Of a DNA stretch of 64,000 bases, positions 1 through 11,994 are shown piece by piece. Numbering within the stretch: the first letter of the stretch is position 1; the number at the start of each line of letters is the position of its first letter. The position numbers and the translations under genes are program-made. The stretch lies in contig JAKMXF010000003.1 of assembly GCA_024704765.1 (NCBI GenBank), positions 124,001-188,000 on the forward strand, in the 5' to 3' direction. The notes beneath the pieces are model-generated. The model was not told the DNA's origin, did no database searches, and saw only the letters and a list, made by a program, of their open reading frames with translations. The stretch comes from Oopsacas minuta (taxonomy: Eukaryota; Animalia; Porifera).

Positions 1-254
1 CGATCCAATTACTAAGCTGATAGTCCAAGGTTTAAGCAATCCGTATCTTTCCCAGAGATTCATGAGAGTATATAAGCTATTGAGTTATACCCAGCTACTA
101 TGTAGAGCTATAGGAATCCTAAAATGTTCTAAATAAATATTTTCATATCAAAAAGGATTGAATATATGAAACAAGGGAGAATCTCTTATTGCCTGACCCT
201 CGTTAGTTGATCCCTAGTTGCAAAATATCACAAAAGGAATGTTCACCAAACTAT

Positions 255-380
255 ACAGTGTATGCCGGTCATAAGAACACCCCTAGGAGTATAATACATG
301 TTCTTATAACAGTAATATATGTGATCCGTTTTCCAGAGGGTAGTGCTTATATTCGGTATTCTTATAACCGACTTCCACGG
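255..380. mobile_element. MITE family A (TA-flanked, TIR like CAGTGGATGCCGGTTATAAGAAC; Tc1/mariner-pogo type)
   Basis: TA|CAGTGTATGCCGGTCATAAGAAC...TTCTTATAACCGACTTCCACGG|TA; internal sequence shared with copies near 9764, 15559, 16638 and 35860. Confidence 0.7.
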
Positions 381-401
381 TATCAAATTTACTTACAGAC
401 T

Positions 402-1979
402 ATGTATTACAGCCTTTTCGTCTGGAAAATGAAAGAATGGCTAGTCTGCCTTACACCAGTATTCATCGCTATATTTCTATTCCTGTACTTCAAGTTTGAA
501 TATGTACTAACGCATCACAGAGGATTATTCGTGTGTATCTTCCTATTACCAATATCATTCATATACGAATTATATTTCTGTCTACGAAACCGTGTGGTAA
601 TCTACCTACACAGTGCTCCAGAAAATCATCTGAAACGTGTACAACAGGTTCAAGATAGTGTCAAGAAATGGGCAGTCGAGGGCCGTGGCCGTAGGATGTG
701 TACGGCCAGACCTTCCTTCCTAACAGTCAGCATGAAGTATAGTGCTTATAAAGACACACACTGGAAAGTGCCTATTAATTTGCATGATATTTTAGATATC
801 GATATTCAGCACAAAAAATGTAAAGTAGAACCCTTGGTGACGATGGGGCAGATTTCTGCGTCCTTGAATCCGCTAGGCTGGACACTACCGGTCTTACCAG
901 AGCTTGATGACCTCACGGTAGGGGGCCTAATCATGGGTGTGGGTATCGAAACTTCCTCTCATATATACGGGCTATTCCAGCATACCTGTATTTCATATGA
1001 CGTCATATTATCTGATGGGAGTTTAATGCATTGTAATGCGGATAGTAACAAGAACATGTTCTATGCGATACCTTGGTCTTATGGTACTCTTGGGTTCTTA
1101 GTTGCTGTCGAGATTATGATTGTGCCGGCTAAACCGTTTGTAGAAATTACATATTTTCCTTACAATGAGGTCTCTAAATTGGTGGAGAAGTTTAAACTTG
1201 AATCGAATAAAAATGAATCCGATTTTGTTGAAGGGGTAATTTTGACAAAATCAGCTGGGGTAGTCATGACTGGCAAATTATGTGACACTCCCAAATCAGA
1301 GAATCTCATTAATCGTATCGGCAGGTTCTGGAAACCTTGGTTTTTCACACACGTTAATACATTCCTTACAAAGGGGATAGCGACAGAATACATACCATTA
1401 CGAGACTATTACCACAGACACACACGGAGTTTATTCTGGGAAATGCAAGACATAATCCCATTCGGAAATAATCCGGTTTTTCGATACACATGTGGATGGA
1501 TGGTTCCCCCTAAAATATCTCTTCTTAAACTGACACAAACCAACACAACTAAACGCTTATACGATGAGAAACACGTTACACAGGATATTCTATTGCCAAT
1601 TGAAACACTCTCTGAGACATTGACTGTGTTTAACGAAGAGTTTAATGTGTATCCTCTCTGGTTATGTCCATTCAAATTACCGAATAATCCAGGTCTTGTA
1701 CACCCTAAGGAGCCGGAAACAGTTATGTATGTGGATGTTGGTGCGTATGGCGTACCCAAAATACAGAATTTTAACGCGAAAAATGCGCTACGAAGTGTGG
1801 AAGCGTTTACGAGGCGGGTAAACGGGTTTCAAATGATGTATGCCGATACAAGAATGACTCGTGAGGAATTCCGTAAAATGTTTGATCACGAATTATACGA
1901 TAGAATGAGGAAAGAGCTTAAATGTGAAAATGCTTTTCCAGAAATTTATGATAAAGTCGGGAAGCATGCTTGGAAATAG
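402..1979 (+). CDS. DHCR24: Delta(24)-sterol reductase, FAD-linked, single coding exon
   Basis: LPVLPELDDLTVGGLIMGVGIETSSHIYGLFQHTC and FYAIPWSYGTLGFLVA match the DHCR24 FAD-binding region; C-terminal FPEIYDKV. The ORF track starts at 207 (TTG), but 255-380 is a MITE; the first plausible ATG is 402 (about 525 aa), with 429 as an alternative. Confidence 0.95.
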   Translation: MYYSLFVWKMKEWLVCLTPVFIAIFLFLYFKFEYVLTHHRGLFVCIFLLPISFIYELYFCLRNRVVIYLHSAPENHLKRVQQVQDSVKKWAVEGRGRRMCTARPSFLTVSMKYSAYKDTHWKVPINLHDILDIDIQHKKCKVEPLVTMGQISASLNPLGWTLPVLPELDDLTVGGLIMGVGIETSSHIYGLFQHTCISYDVILSDGSLMHCNADSNKNMFYAIPWSYGTLGFLVAVEIMIVPAKPFVEITYFPYNEVSKLVEKFKLESNKNESDFVEGVILTKSAGVVMTGKLCDTPKSENLINRIGRFWKPWFFTHVNTFLTKGIATEYIPLRDYYHRHTRSLFWEMQDIIPFGNNPVFRYTCGWMVPPKISLLKLTQTNTTKRLYDEKHVTQDILLPIETLSETLTVFNEEFNVYPLWLCPFKLPNNPGLVHPKEPETVMYVDVGAYGVPKIQNFNAKNALRSVEAFTRRVNGFQMMYADTRMTREEFRKMFDHELYDRMRKELKCENAFPEIYDKVGKHAWK

Positions 1980-2206
1980 GATTTGGAGTTATTTTAGGTT
2001 CACTCGCTTTTTAGAAACTATTATTTATTTATCGTATCAATTAAATAATTTCCCCTAATATGGTTATATCAAGCAACCGCTCCGCTAGATAAATTACATT
2101 CTTTCGTCGTTAGGCGTTGCTAGGGGCTCGACGACTGTATGGCCGTTCGTTGTTCTTATTAACGAAGTTCCACCCTATTAGAAAGATACAACTGATAGAA
2201 CTAGCA

Positions 2207-3946
2207 ATGAGAAGATGTGTGAAAACACTTCATGGTCACATATCTCATACTCGATCAGCTGATCAACTAAACAGTCGTGTGTCTCCACAACACCGACACA
2301 TATCAAACACTTATTCCATCATTACTACTGATTACGCGTATGAAACATTTTCCCCTAGTGTACGTATAGGAAAGGGTGCTACTAGGGAAGTAGGGATGGA
2401 TTTTGTGAACAAAGGTGTGAAGAGAGTTCTCCTATTCACTGATAAGAATTTGATTAAGCTTCTTCCCTTCAAAGCAACAGCTGATGCTCTCAGAGCTGAT
2501 AATGTAGAGTTTGATGTGTTCAGTGAGGTGAGGGATATATCTTAACTTTGAATTATTGTAATTTAATAGGAATACATGAATGTCAGTTTATAGGTACGAA
2601 TAGAGCCTACAGAGAAGAGCTTTAGAGAAGCTATACACAGAGCTCAGATGGGACAATATGAAGGGTTCCTGGCAGTAGGAGGAGGTTCTGTTATGGATAC
2701 AGCTAAAGTAGCTAGATTATTTGACGCCTATAGAGATAGACAACTGATAGATTTCATACCCGAACCAATAGGATTGGGGGAACATATTTCCCGCCCTTTA
2801 AAACCGCTCATCTGCATTCCAACAACTTCTAGTGGTAGCGAAGTAACTGGGAATGCGACTTTCTATTTATCATCAGAGAATAGTACATGCTCAATTTCAA
2901 GTCAAGCACTATGTCCTAGCCTAGCAATAGTAGATCCAATTAATAAATTCCAAATGCCTAAGAACGTTGCTATATTCACAGGATTAGGTGTGTTATGTAG
3001 AGCTCTGGAGGCGTACACAGCCCTCCCTCATGACATGAGATCTCCGACACCTAGTGATCCTAGGCATAGATCGATGGATCAAGGGAGTTCTCCGATGTCT
3101 GATATAGCTGTTGTACAAACCTTGAGGTGAGTTTTCTTATTTTGACACCGCCATAGACTGTAATTCAGATCTTGGCAGCTTGCCTGCAATAAGTGAACTA
3201 TCACTCCCCGTTATATTGAAGCAATTATCATGGTCCCTTGAGCTTCGATATGACAGGTGTTAAGATTAAATTCATTCCTAGGTTAATCGACAGGTACTTT
3301 CTCCCCTCAGTAGAATCGATAGATGATACACTAGCTAAGTCACAAATGAGTTTAGCTTCAGTAATAAAGGGGGCAGGATTCAGTAACGCGGGTGTACATA
3401 TATGTCACGCACTCTCCTACGCTATTTCCTCTAAAGTTATTGACTATAATCCTGACGGGTATCCTACGGATTATCCTCTGATACCTCATGGTCTGTCTGC
3501 TATTATCACAGCTCCTGCGGTCTTCTCTGAGATAGGATATGTATCACCTGATAGATGTATGTACTTAGCTCAAATACTCGGTAAGATTGTATTAACTGCT
3601 TAATACTAGAACTTCTGTATTGGTGGAAGTTTGCTGGATAAAGAGTATGAAATTTTCGTATTCTTTATCCTTGATAAGTTATACTATTTCTACAGGAGCT
3701 AATACAGGTAATGTAAAGCGATTAGAAGCAGGGAGATGTCTAGCAGGCCGTCTATGCTACTACATGAAGAGACTGGGTATACCTAATGGACTCTCTGGTC
3801 TAGGATTTACAGAGGACGATATTCCTGAAATAATAGAGGAAACTCAGAAAATTATCAGATTAACTTGTCTTAGTCCTATTCCTGTATGTGATACACTGTT
3901 AGAAGGAATCCTACACAAATCTCTTAGAATATATGATTCATTTTAA
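2207..3946 (+). CDS. ADHFE1: Hydroxyacid-oxoacid transhydrogenase paralogue A (iron-ADH family), 4 exons, divergent active site
   Basis: Exons about 2207-2527, 2594-3126, 3282-3580 and 3696-3946 splice in frame at GT-AG sites. Motifs TTDYAYE, AVGGGSVMDTAK, GVHICHAL, LIPHGLS; GVLCR replaces canonical DVLCH. Confidence 0.9.
2324..2731. repeat. 408-bp inverted repeat arm (partner 32294-32701)
   Basis: Base-by-base comparison with the reverse complement of 32294-32701 showed one mismatch (G2651 vs A), and the 66-bp intron is identical. Confidence 0.92.
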
Positions 3947-4123
3947 TAGTTTTCACTTAGAAATGATTAAATATTTGATTTCCGAGTTTTCAAATCTAAA
4001 TACAGTTAAGGGACAATCATTACCCCCCGGGCGAATTTTATTTAATACGTATGTTATGTGAATTATTTGGGATTTTGGGACCTGACCTAACTCAATAGAT
4101 AAGTTGTATAATTATACAAACAG

Positions 4124-4576
4124 TCAAACAATCTGAGAATCATTCTCATTAAGTAATTCAATTTGTTGAGGTGTCAGTGCTTTAGGTATCAATCCGATAT
4201 TCCTCGCCTTCTTAACTTCTTCTCTGAGCTTCGCTTGCATTTTCTTGCAAATACCGCTCTCATGTCTATCGATAATTCTACCTGTTGATGTAATGAATTG
4301 GCTAATAAGTAACACGTCTCTGTATGTGAATTCATCTAATCCCCGCCAGCATAATTGACAGCCTGGCCTCTTGAATACGTTACCGTCCTCTTCATATATT
4401 CCAGTAATTTTCTCTCTTACTAGCTTAATAGGGTCAGCACAATCTATAGGTTCACGATTGAATATTTGTGGCATACCTCGTTTCTCGTTTGGATCGAATT
4501 TCCATCTTCTCTGAGCTGAGATTCGAGGCAGAGATAATGTGTGTTTTGTAAGAGATCGGATTCCAGTTAATAACAT
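4124..4576 (-). CDS. MRPS18C: Mitochondrial ribosomal protein bS18m family, single exon
   Basis: CQLC...FTYRDVLLISQFITSTGRIIDRHESGICKKMQAKLREEVKKARNIGLIP is an S18 domain, preceded by a basic presequence-like N-terminus. The A/B/C subtype is uncertain. Confidence 0.8.
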   Translation of the reverse strand: MLLTGIRSLTKHTLSLPRISAQRRWKFDPNEKRGMPQIFNREPIDCADPIKLVREKITGIYEEDGNVFKRPGCQLCWRGLDEFTYRDVLLISQFITSTGRIIDRHESGICKKMQAKLREEVKKARNIGLIPKALTPQQIELLNENDSQIV

Positions 4577-4977
4577 ATCTTATACAAAATGAGTAAATTA
4601 TAAACTAGCGAGAGAGCATTTGACAGGGGACAGCTGTAATTACCAAGGAAAGGCCCCAAAATTACAATCTACACTGCGTCCATGACTTGTTAAGTGTACA
4701 TACACAAATGGGGCCTCTGGAAACGGAGGGGATAAATAGAGCGGATTCCCAGTCCCATACGTATGAACCTCAATAACGCTGAATTTGGCAGAAATGGGGT
4801 AGCATTTTCAGAGTCCCTTTCAAATAATAAAATAAACAATCAGCTACTTTCATGTAAATTATATCATTTCAATAATCAAAGTAAAATAGTCCGTAAATAT
4901 TCTATACGAATATTGGTATAAGAATTACAGTATTATGAATTTAAAATAACATAGGACTGATGTGAATGCATCGGAGA

Positions 4978-7900
4978 TCAATTTGATTTGGGAATTTTGT
5001 CTGCTGGTAAGTAGAAATCGTCTGTGCTTCCAAGAGTAGCTAAAGCATTATAATGTCTATCGTCTTCAGCAGATATGCTAATGATACGTTCAGGGGGGTA
5101 TTCACCTTGTGGATAATAGGTAAGAAAATCTTCCTTACCGAATGAGGAAATACGAGCTACTTTGATTTGTAAGTCTAGAGTGAAACCAAGCAGGAACATC
5201 TCAACCTAAAATAGTAACATGGAGTTAAATATGTGAGTTAACGGGCGAAAACCCGATGGAAATGTAAGTTTGGAAGTCAAACAAATTCCAGTGATATAAT
5301 AGCTGGTTAATACAAATATGTTACAATTCCATTGCAAGAAATGCTATCACAACATTATGTGTATTTGTGAAATAGCTAAGACATATCATGGTTGCTAACA
5401 TGTATCAAAAAATGGTAACTGAGAAATTACAGTAATCAGTCAAAGATTACACTAGTTTGTGTGTTACAAATATAAATCCCGGTCCCTATCCTTGAGAGTT
5501 CGAACTCTTCAGTAACCTCGCCCCTGGGGCGTGTTCATTAATACATATACAGTGTATGAATAGTTGAATAATTGTCCTTACACTGAAAAACTCGAGAAAA
5601 AAGTTTCTATTATCAATTCTTTAATATTTACTTACCATTTCTAGTCCACCAGAATCTCCAACATGGTTCAAATGATTAACGAGAAAATCTTCCAAATTCA
5701 TCGAATCTTCTCTAATGAAAAGGAAAAACATAGATTCAGGTACTTCTCCACCCTGAGAGTATATCTCCCAATATTTAGCTAACTCTATGAACATATAGAA
5801 CTTGAGTGCTTCCATAAGTGAGAAATCAAATATTTCCTTTTGCGTGTTGAGTTTACTGTATATGTATATCATACGGTTAATAGGCTCCCAACCTCTTACG
5901 TGATCAACCTACACAAACAAATTATAATTAGCACCAGAATAATCGGGTATTAGACAAATAAGCTAGTGAAACTCGCTCAAGCTCAAACACTCGGATAAGA
6001 GATACCCCTTCGGGAAACCAAAATCAGTAAATGCCAAGGTTGCAACCGAATAGTTCAATATCCGGTTACCAAGGGAATATCAGTATCCTGTATCCGGTTA
6101 CCAAGGGAATATAAGCATCCTGCATTCGGTTGCTATAAATATTAGGCTAAGCAACTATTCATGAATACTGATATTCGGTTCGATCGGTTTCAACCTTGGT
6201 AAATACGTACGTCTTATCCGAATACGGTAAATAAATACAAGACACCAGAGTAAGAATAAGGGTGATAGAAGTTATAGAGGAAGAGAATGTCGTACATATC
6301 AACCACCCAGTAAATAGCGAGTAGAAGATAAAATGATAATAAATCTCATCAGTAGTTAAGGAGCTAACAAAGTACAAATATTGTTTACCTCAAAAGCTAG
6401 ATTATCAATACACATCTCCAACACATCCTTCGTCTCTCCAAGTTTTTGAAATGAGGGTTTATTAGCAAATGACCATTTACTCAGAAATGGGTACTTCTCC
6501 ATCATAGGAGCAACGATCTATAATTAATAAGAGAGGGTCAGATAGAGCAATTTCTGGGAATAAAACGTAATTACCTGTCTGGCTTCGATTGGAGGTTTCA
6601 TATTGGCAAGAAAAGAACAAACATTGAAGTCTCGCACACAGAATGTTTGGAATAAAGTAGAACGAACAGCACAGTAGTTATCACCACGTATAGACATCAA
6701 GTGTGTATAATCCATCATCTCTAACTCATGATATCCCTATAGTATACATAAATAGCTACAGTAAACTCCGGTTATATAGAAATACCCGCTTTTATCGATT
6801 CTTAAATGGTACAAATATGGTCTCAAACCGTCAAAGTAACACATATTCCATCGGTTATAACGAATAAATGATCGCAGTCCCTTAAGCTTAGATATAGCGG
6901 GAGGTGTCTGTATATAGGAATTGCTTTAGCAAATAATCTTAGAATTCAAATAGCAAAAGAATACTCACATTTCTAACTCGTTTCGCATTGTCACTTGTTC
7001 CAATCCATTCCCTGGCTATATAATCACTGAATGTAATTGGGGAGTCTACGCTTCTTTGATGCAAATGAGTTTGTGTAGTGTCAAGGAGAACCTCTGAAGG
7101 AATAGGAGTAGTGTTGTTTTCATACCGATCAGTAACAAAATCGCCCTCATTTTTAGATATATTTTGTGGGACTATAGAGTCTTCATTCAGGGGGACAGCA
7201 TCATTGCCCTGTGGTTGATTTTGAACCTCATCGAAAGGTACTTGAGTAGTAGAAATTGTATTATTTTGTGAATGAATACTGAGACAATTAGATTCTATGA
7301 TGATAGTGTCGTGATCCATTTGTGCTGGGAGAGATGTACTTGGAGAAAAAGCTTGTGGAAGTTCAGGATTGCAACCAATATTTGTAAGATCAATATCTAG
7401 ATCCGTATTGTGTTCAGGGAGAGTTACAAAACTGTCAGAGGTTTGGAGAGGGGTCTGTTCAGGTGTCTATAGGCAAAATTAAATAAATCGACCCTTGCTA
7501 GCGTAGCAACTAGATGTGACATAGGAATTAGAAAATAGCTACATACGTAGTTAATACAATTAACTTGAGTGAATGACTTATTAATTAATGACACATTCAA
7601 TGATTAGACACAGCAAGCCTTATGACTAATAATTAAATATTAATTAGTTTCGAAGTAATTTCGGGTCTTACGTAATGCCTGAAATATGGAAACTTAAAGA
7701 AAACAAATTACTACAAAGTTATAACCTCCATTTTAGGAATGTGTATTATATAACTCACATTTCCGATAGAAGATATCAGTAGAGAATCTGGATAAGACGA
7801 TAGTAACTGTTGTTGTTCTTGTGTTTGTTGTTTATCAGTATGAATAGCTTCCTGTAACAATTGATAGTCTGCCGTATTTTTGGGATCATACAGAAATGTT

Positions 7901-10900
7901 GGGGGCTCCAATAAAGATAAGGGAGACATAGTATCAACTTCTTCATTGCCATTAGTAGTAACAGATAAATCGTCCATTTTTTGAGACGACGTGTCGATAG
8001 ATTGATAATCAGTTTCCGAATTATTAGCGGTTTGATATTCAGCCGTGTGTGTGGGAGAAGGGGTACAATCTGGAACTAATGTATCATTCTCGCTTTTATA
8101 TATATGGCGTTGGTCAATGCTTAATCTTTCTGTCACGTCGATCTCACCAATATTTGATCCGGTTTGTACTGAAGATTGTCCTGGAAACGAAACAGAAGAA
8201 TCGGAATTTTCAAAATGGGTCACTCCATTATCTACATGTGGTTCTGTCATCTTACTCTCAACATGGGTATCATCCGGTGCCAAGGAATGGTCTGACCTCT
8301 CTTCAGTAGAGCTATTAGCCATATTTTCAGTTTTCTCGTGAATTGTCCCCGTTATAGGATTAACAATCAAATCTATTCTATTAGGGGGACCGTCAAGAGT
8401 AAGCCCAGGTATGACGTCAGGTTTTTGAGGGCTAGCAGCAACGATATCTGGAATGTGTTGAATATTCGAAGGAGAATCCTCTATTATTGAACTATGTGTA
8501 AGTGATGGTAATGAATTCTTAGTCATCAGATCAGTTGTATTGCTAGAACCAACTGAAACTGAATCTAAAGATGGTGTTAGAATATATCTAGGACCATCTT
8601 GATATCTATCTCTCACTTCGTCGCTAACAATTGGTATACATATACTTTTATCTGAGTCTTGGTCATTCATAGAATCGGAAGGAAGTTTACGTCGAACAAA
8701 GGTCTTCTCAGTTTCATGATTTGGGTAGGATTTGTGGCTGCTAGAGATCTCTACCTCGGAAGGCATACTGCTCTTATCGCTCACTATAGAATATGGAAAT
8801 GTAGGTATACATGTAAATCAGGAGAAGTAGAGAGAAGATTATAGCAATACATTAGCAAATTGATGGGAGGTAGATATAAGAATGTCTTGCCTACTATGGC
8901 GAAACCTCCACAAACGGCCCAAAATACTACCCAGTTCCCCATTCTTGCTAAATTCCACAGTTCATTTGTATGAGACGAGGTACCATGAATTCGCTCTATA
9001 TATTTTCTCTCCGTTTCTACGTTTGTGGAGGTATCACTGCCATAGGAGGGAAAATTCGCTTTTCGGCAGGTTTTTGTAAGACAACAATCAACATAAACAC
9101 GAAAAGGTGAGACAATTGACATAGTTACACCAAATTTTATCATGGCTGTGCGAAGGAAAATGAAGATTAAGAACTATACAGTATAAATACATATAGAATG
9201 TAATTGAGTTCTATTAATAGTAACACTATGGCAACTATTGAGCACAAATATATCCATAGTTATGTACGAATAAATAATGACGTCTGATTACCTTATAAGG
9301 AAACAGGATAGACGCAATGGTATTTACATTCTTGTAATTTGGAATTTTACAAATTAGTGCGGTATTATGAATTATATTTTAAAGTCGAGCACTATTCTCT
9401 ACAGAACTTACAATTCGATCCTTCGTTTCTTTCTCCAATCTGCATTTCCTGGGAACCTAGATTATTTATGTTCTCAGTGTCCTGACGGACTTTACGTAAA
9501 CTCTCTTCTAAGTTCAAGTCGTTCCGAGATTCAATGGAATTAGTAACGATGATTTCAGAGTGTCTCAAGTCTTCTAGGGTCTGTTTTTCAGTAAATTTGA
9601 AATTGTCACCAATTTTAACAACTGTAGGGCGTTGAGAAGGACACATACTATGATCCTATTTAAGATTAAAAATAGAAACATAATTCGTAGGGATGTATTA
9701 AATTGTCACCTCCAAATTGGGACGATTTAAGGGTGAATTATTGGAATTATCAACATTTGAATACAGTGGATTCCGGTTATAAGAACATGTATGCTACTCA
9801 CAAGGGTGTTCTTATAACCAGCATCCATTAGGAACAATCATACTACTTACTAGTAATGGCGAGTTAGTAGTTATCTTCTCTTGCGATTGCGAGTAGGGAG
9901 ACACACAGTGAGGTAAATCATTTGATTCATCAAATGGCTGGGGCTTAGGAGATGGTAAAGTTCTTGTACGAGGAATAGGAATCAATGGATAGAGACTAGT
10001 CTTTATTATTTCTCCTGTAGTATTTCGTCTGGAAAATCCCTAAATTGTATGTTTGTAAGCGAACTGAATAAATCCAATTACTACGGAGATTCATATACAT
10101 TTTCAGTGAAGATAACTTAATCTCTCAAGTAATATAATTCTATAAATACTTACCCATTGTCCTGACTCTAATTGGGAATTTGGAGGAGCGAGTTGTGTTA
10201 TGGGTCCTCTAGATGCCGACTAGTAGATAGATAGAGAGATAGATAGATAGGCTAGACCAGACTAGACTAGATTAGACTTACCGTCGCAGATTCAAAAAAT
10301 TGTCCCGGTTCTTGGGTGGGGAAAGAAGAATCAGGAGAACGAACATCAGTATTTTTTAATAGCTAAACGAAAAAACAAAAACACATAATATATCAAATAA
10401 ATATTAAACACATTACGTGGACCCCTCCCATAACTGCAATACAAATTTTGAGACTCTATGGACCCGGTACTGTCGTCCGTAACCGTTCTATTATTGTATA
10501 AAGATATTACCTGTTCAGTCTGTGATGCTCCTCTTATATATATTTTTGATGACGATGTGATCTTGGGGGTACCTGGATTAGGAACATCAGGGTATAACAT
10601 TTTAACTGTCTCTCCTGATTCAAGTCGGTTACTCTTTTGTGATCCTAAAACACAATTAAACCAATATTCCAATAGAGTATAATTAATAGTATGGAATTAC
10701 CTGAGCAAGTTCCAGGATTGGGTTCAGCTCCTCTACTAAGTAAAAGATAAAACAGATGTTAAACACAGAACAAAGATTGTTAATATTTGAAAAAAGATAA
10801 ATGGTAAAGGGAATAATATGAAATAAAAATATCCGACAACTAACCTCTCTACATCTTCCGTTACCTGTGGAAAATACAAATATTTAATAATTGCAAATAA

Positions 10901-11994
10901 AATACGATAAAATTCACAGTTAAATATTAATTAATATGAAATTATACAATAGATTATGCGATGGTTATATTACTACAACGTGACATACGTTATGTATATA
11001 ATAATAATGTGGCTTACAAGTTGAAGAATTCGTATAATTGCAGATAATGAAAATAAGTCAAATTATGATTCTATCTGTTGTAAGGAAAATTGGACCGTGT
11101 TGAGGCAAATGTCTGCCTACATTTTCCATATGCGATCTGAAACACGAATTGATAAACCATATTCTGTTAGGGGTTACTCACCATTTTATCAGGAATAATT
11201 TTCCTACTAACAAGAAAAGTTGTGCACTTCATAATAGGTTTGAAGCAAATTCGAAATAGCACTGTACACGTCCAACGCATAACTTGAAACCCATAATAGA
11301 TCAACACCGACATTTTGAAAACACGATTAAAGAATAAACAAATAACAATTCTATTGAAATAGTGTATTAGTAATTGTATTTGTGTTGGGCAGATAATAAT
11401 ACCATAATTACACGCAAGTTCATTGGTAAAGGAAATAGGCTAATAGAAGTGTTACTATATTGAAAATATATGTAATATTGTATATTTGCACATTCCTGAA
11501 GAAATGCTATTAACTTCTAATAGGCAGAAGATCAATTGAATTATTATTAGTATTTGTTGGGTTTGTTACCATATGTCTGATTATAATCTAATTAGTAAGC
11601 TCTACTAGTGTAATAGTTCGATTCGTCAAATGAATATGCATAATTTTCAACTTTGTAAGATCTAAATCAGCTGTTCCCAACCTGTTAGGGCATCATGGAC
11701 CCCTTGGTGATGCACGGACGGCAGCTACCCCCCTACATGATCTCAAAATTTGTATAGTAGTATAAGGAAGGGTCTCCATAAATGTGGGACAGGTGAAATG
11801 GTTGGGAAACGCTGATCTAACTATTTGATAGAATTAGTGGTTGGGGATATGACAACTAGTTAACCATTTACCTTGTCTTCGGTTGGCTGAGCTCTAGGAG
11901 ATATCATTTTATAACAAATCAACACAGCAGTTGTTACAACTGCCACCGCAGAAACAAAAATATTCACAAAATTATGAGCAAGTACTCGTACCAT
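4978..11994 (-). CDS. OTULIN: OTULIN/FAM105-family deubiquitinase with long N-terminal low-complexity region and N-terminal hydrophobic anchor (about 14 exons, roughly 1050 aa)
   Basis: C-terminal exons encode EWIGTSDNA...GYHEL, IRGDNYCAVRSTLFQ (catalytic Cys), LMEALKF, NHLNHVGDSGGLEM/VEMFLL and SAEDDRHYNAL (His/Asn). Upstream exons (11994-11872, about 10864-10845, about 10737-10703, 10614-10511, about 10365-10285, about 10210-10145, about 10040-9850, about 9655-9413, 8783-about 7758, about 7467-6970) join with consistent phases. The domain call is firm; the 5' model is inferred. Confidence 0.8.
6759..6910. mobile_element. MITE family B (TA-flanked, TIR like CAGTCAACTCCCGTTATA; pogo/Tigger-like), intronic
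   Basis: TA|CAGTAAACTCCGGTTATATA...GATATAGCGGGAGGTGTCTG|TA; core CTTAAATTGTACAAATATGGTCACAAACCG shared with other copies. Confidence 0.8.
8896..9039. mobile_element. MITE family D (TIR like CAGTGTAACCTCCACAAACGG), intronic
   Basis: AAACCTCCACAAACG...CGTTTGTGGAGGTATCACTG inverted ends; related sequence near 4650-4810, 17837-17975, 20930-21000, 38272-38358 and 63100. Confidence 0.6.
10221..10280. repeat. GATA/TAGAC microsatellite in an intron
   Basis: tagatagatagagagatagatagatag...ctagactagattagact. Confidence 0.8.
11668..11814. mobile_element. hAT-type MITE family C with 8-bp target site duplication
   Basis: CAGCTGTTCCCAACC...GGTTGGGAAACGCTG flanked by ATCTAAAT / ATCTAACT (7/8 match). Confidence 0.8.

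Noticed and set aside
1-140. Open frame on + (DPITKLIVQG...LKCSK*) at the window edge
   Set aside because: Could be the end of an upstream gene but is too short to identify.
207-401. N-terminal 65 codons of the 590-aa DHCR24 ORF
   Set aside because: Starts at TTG, runs through a family A MITE, and has no DHCR24-like sequence; the real start is likely 402 or 429.
5478-5535. GTTCGAACTC B-box-like hairpin in an OTULIN intron
   Set aside because: No cloverleaf, A box or acceptor stem; not a tRNA.
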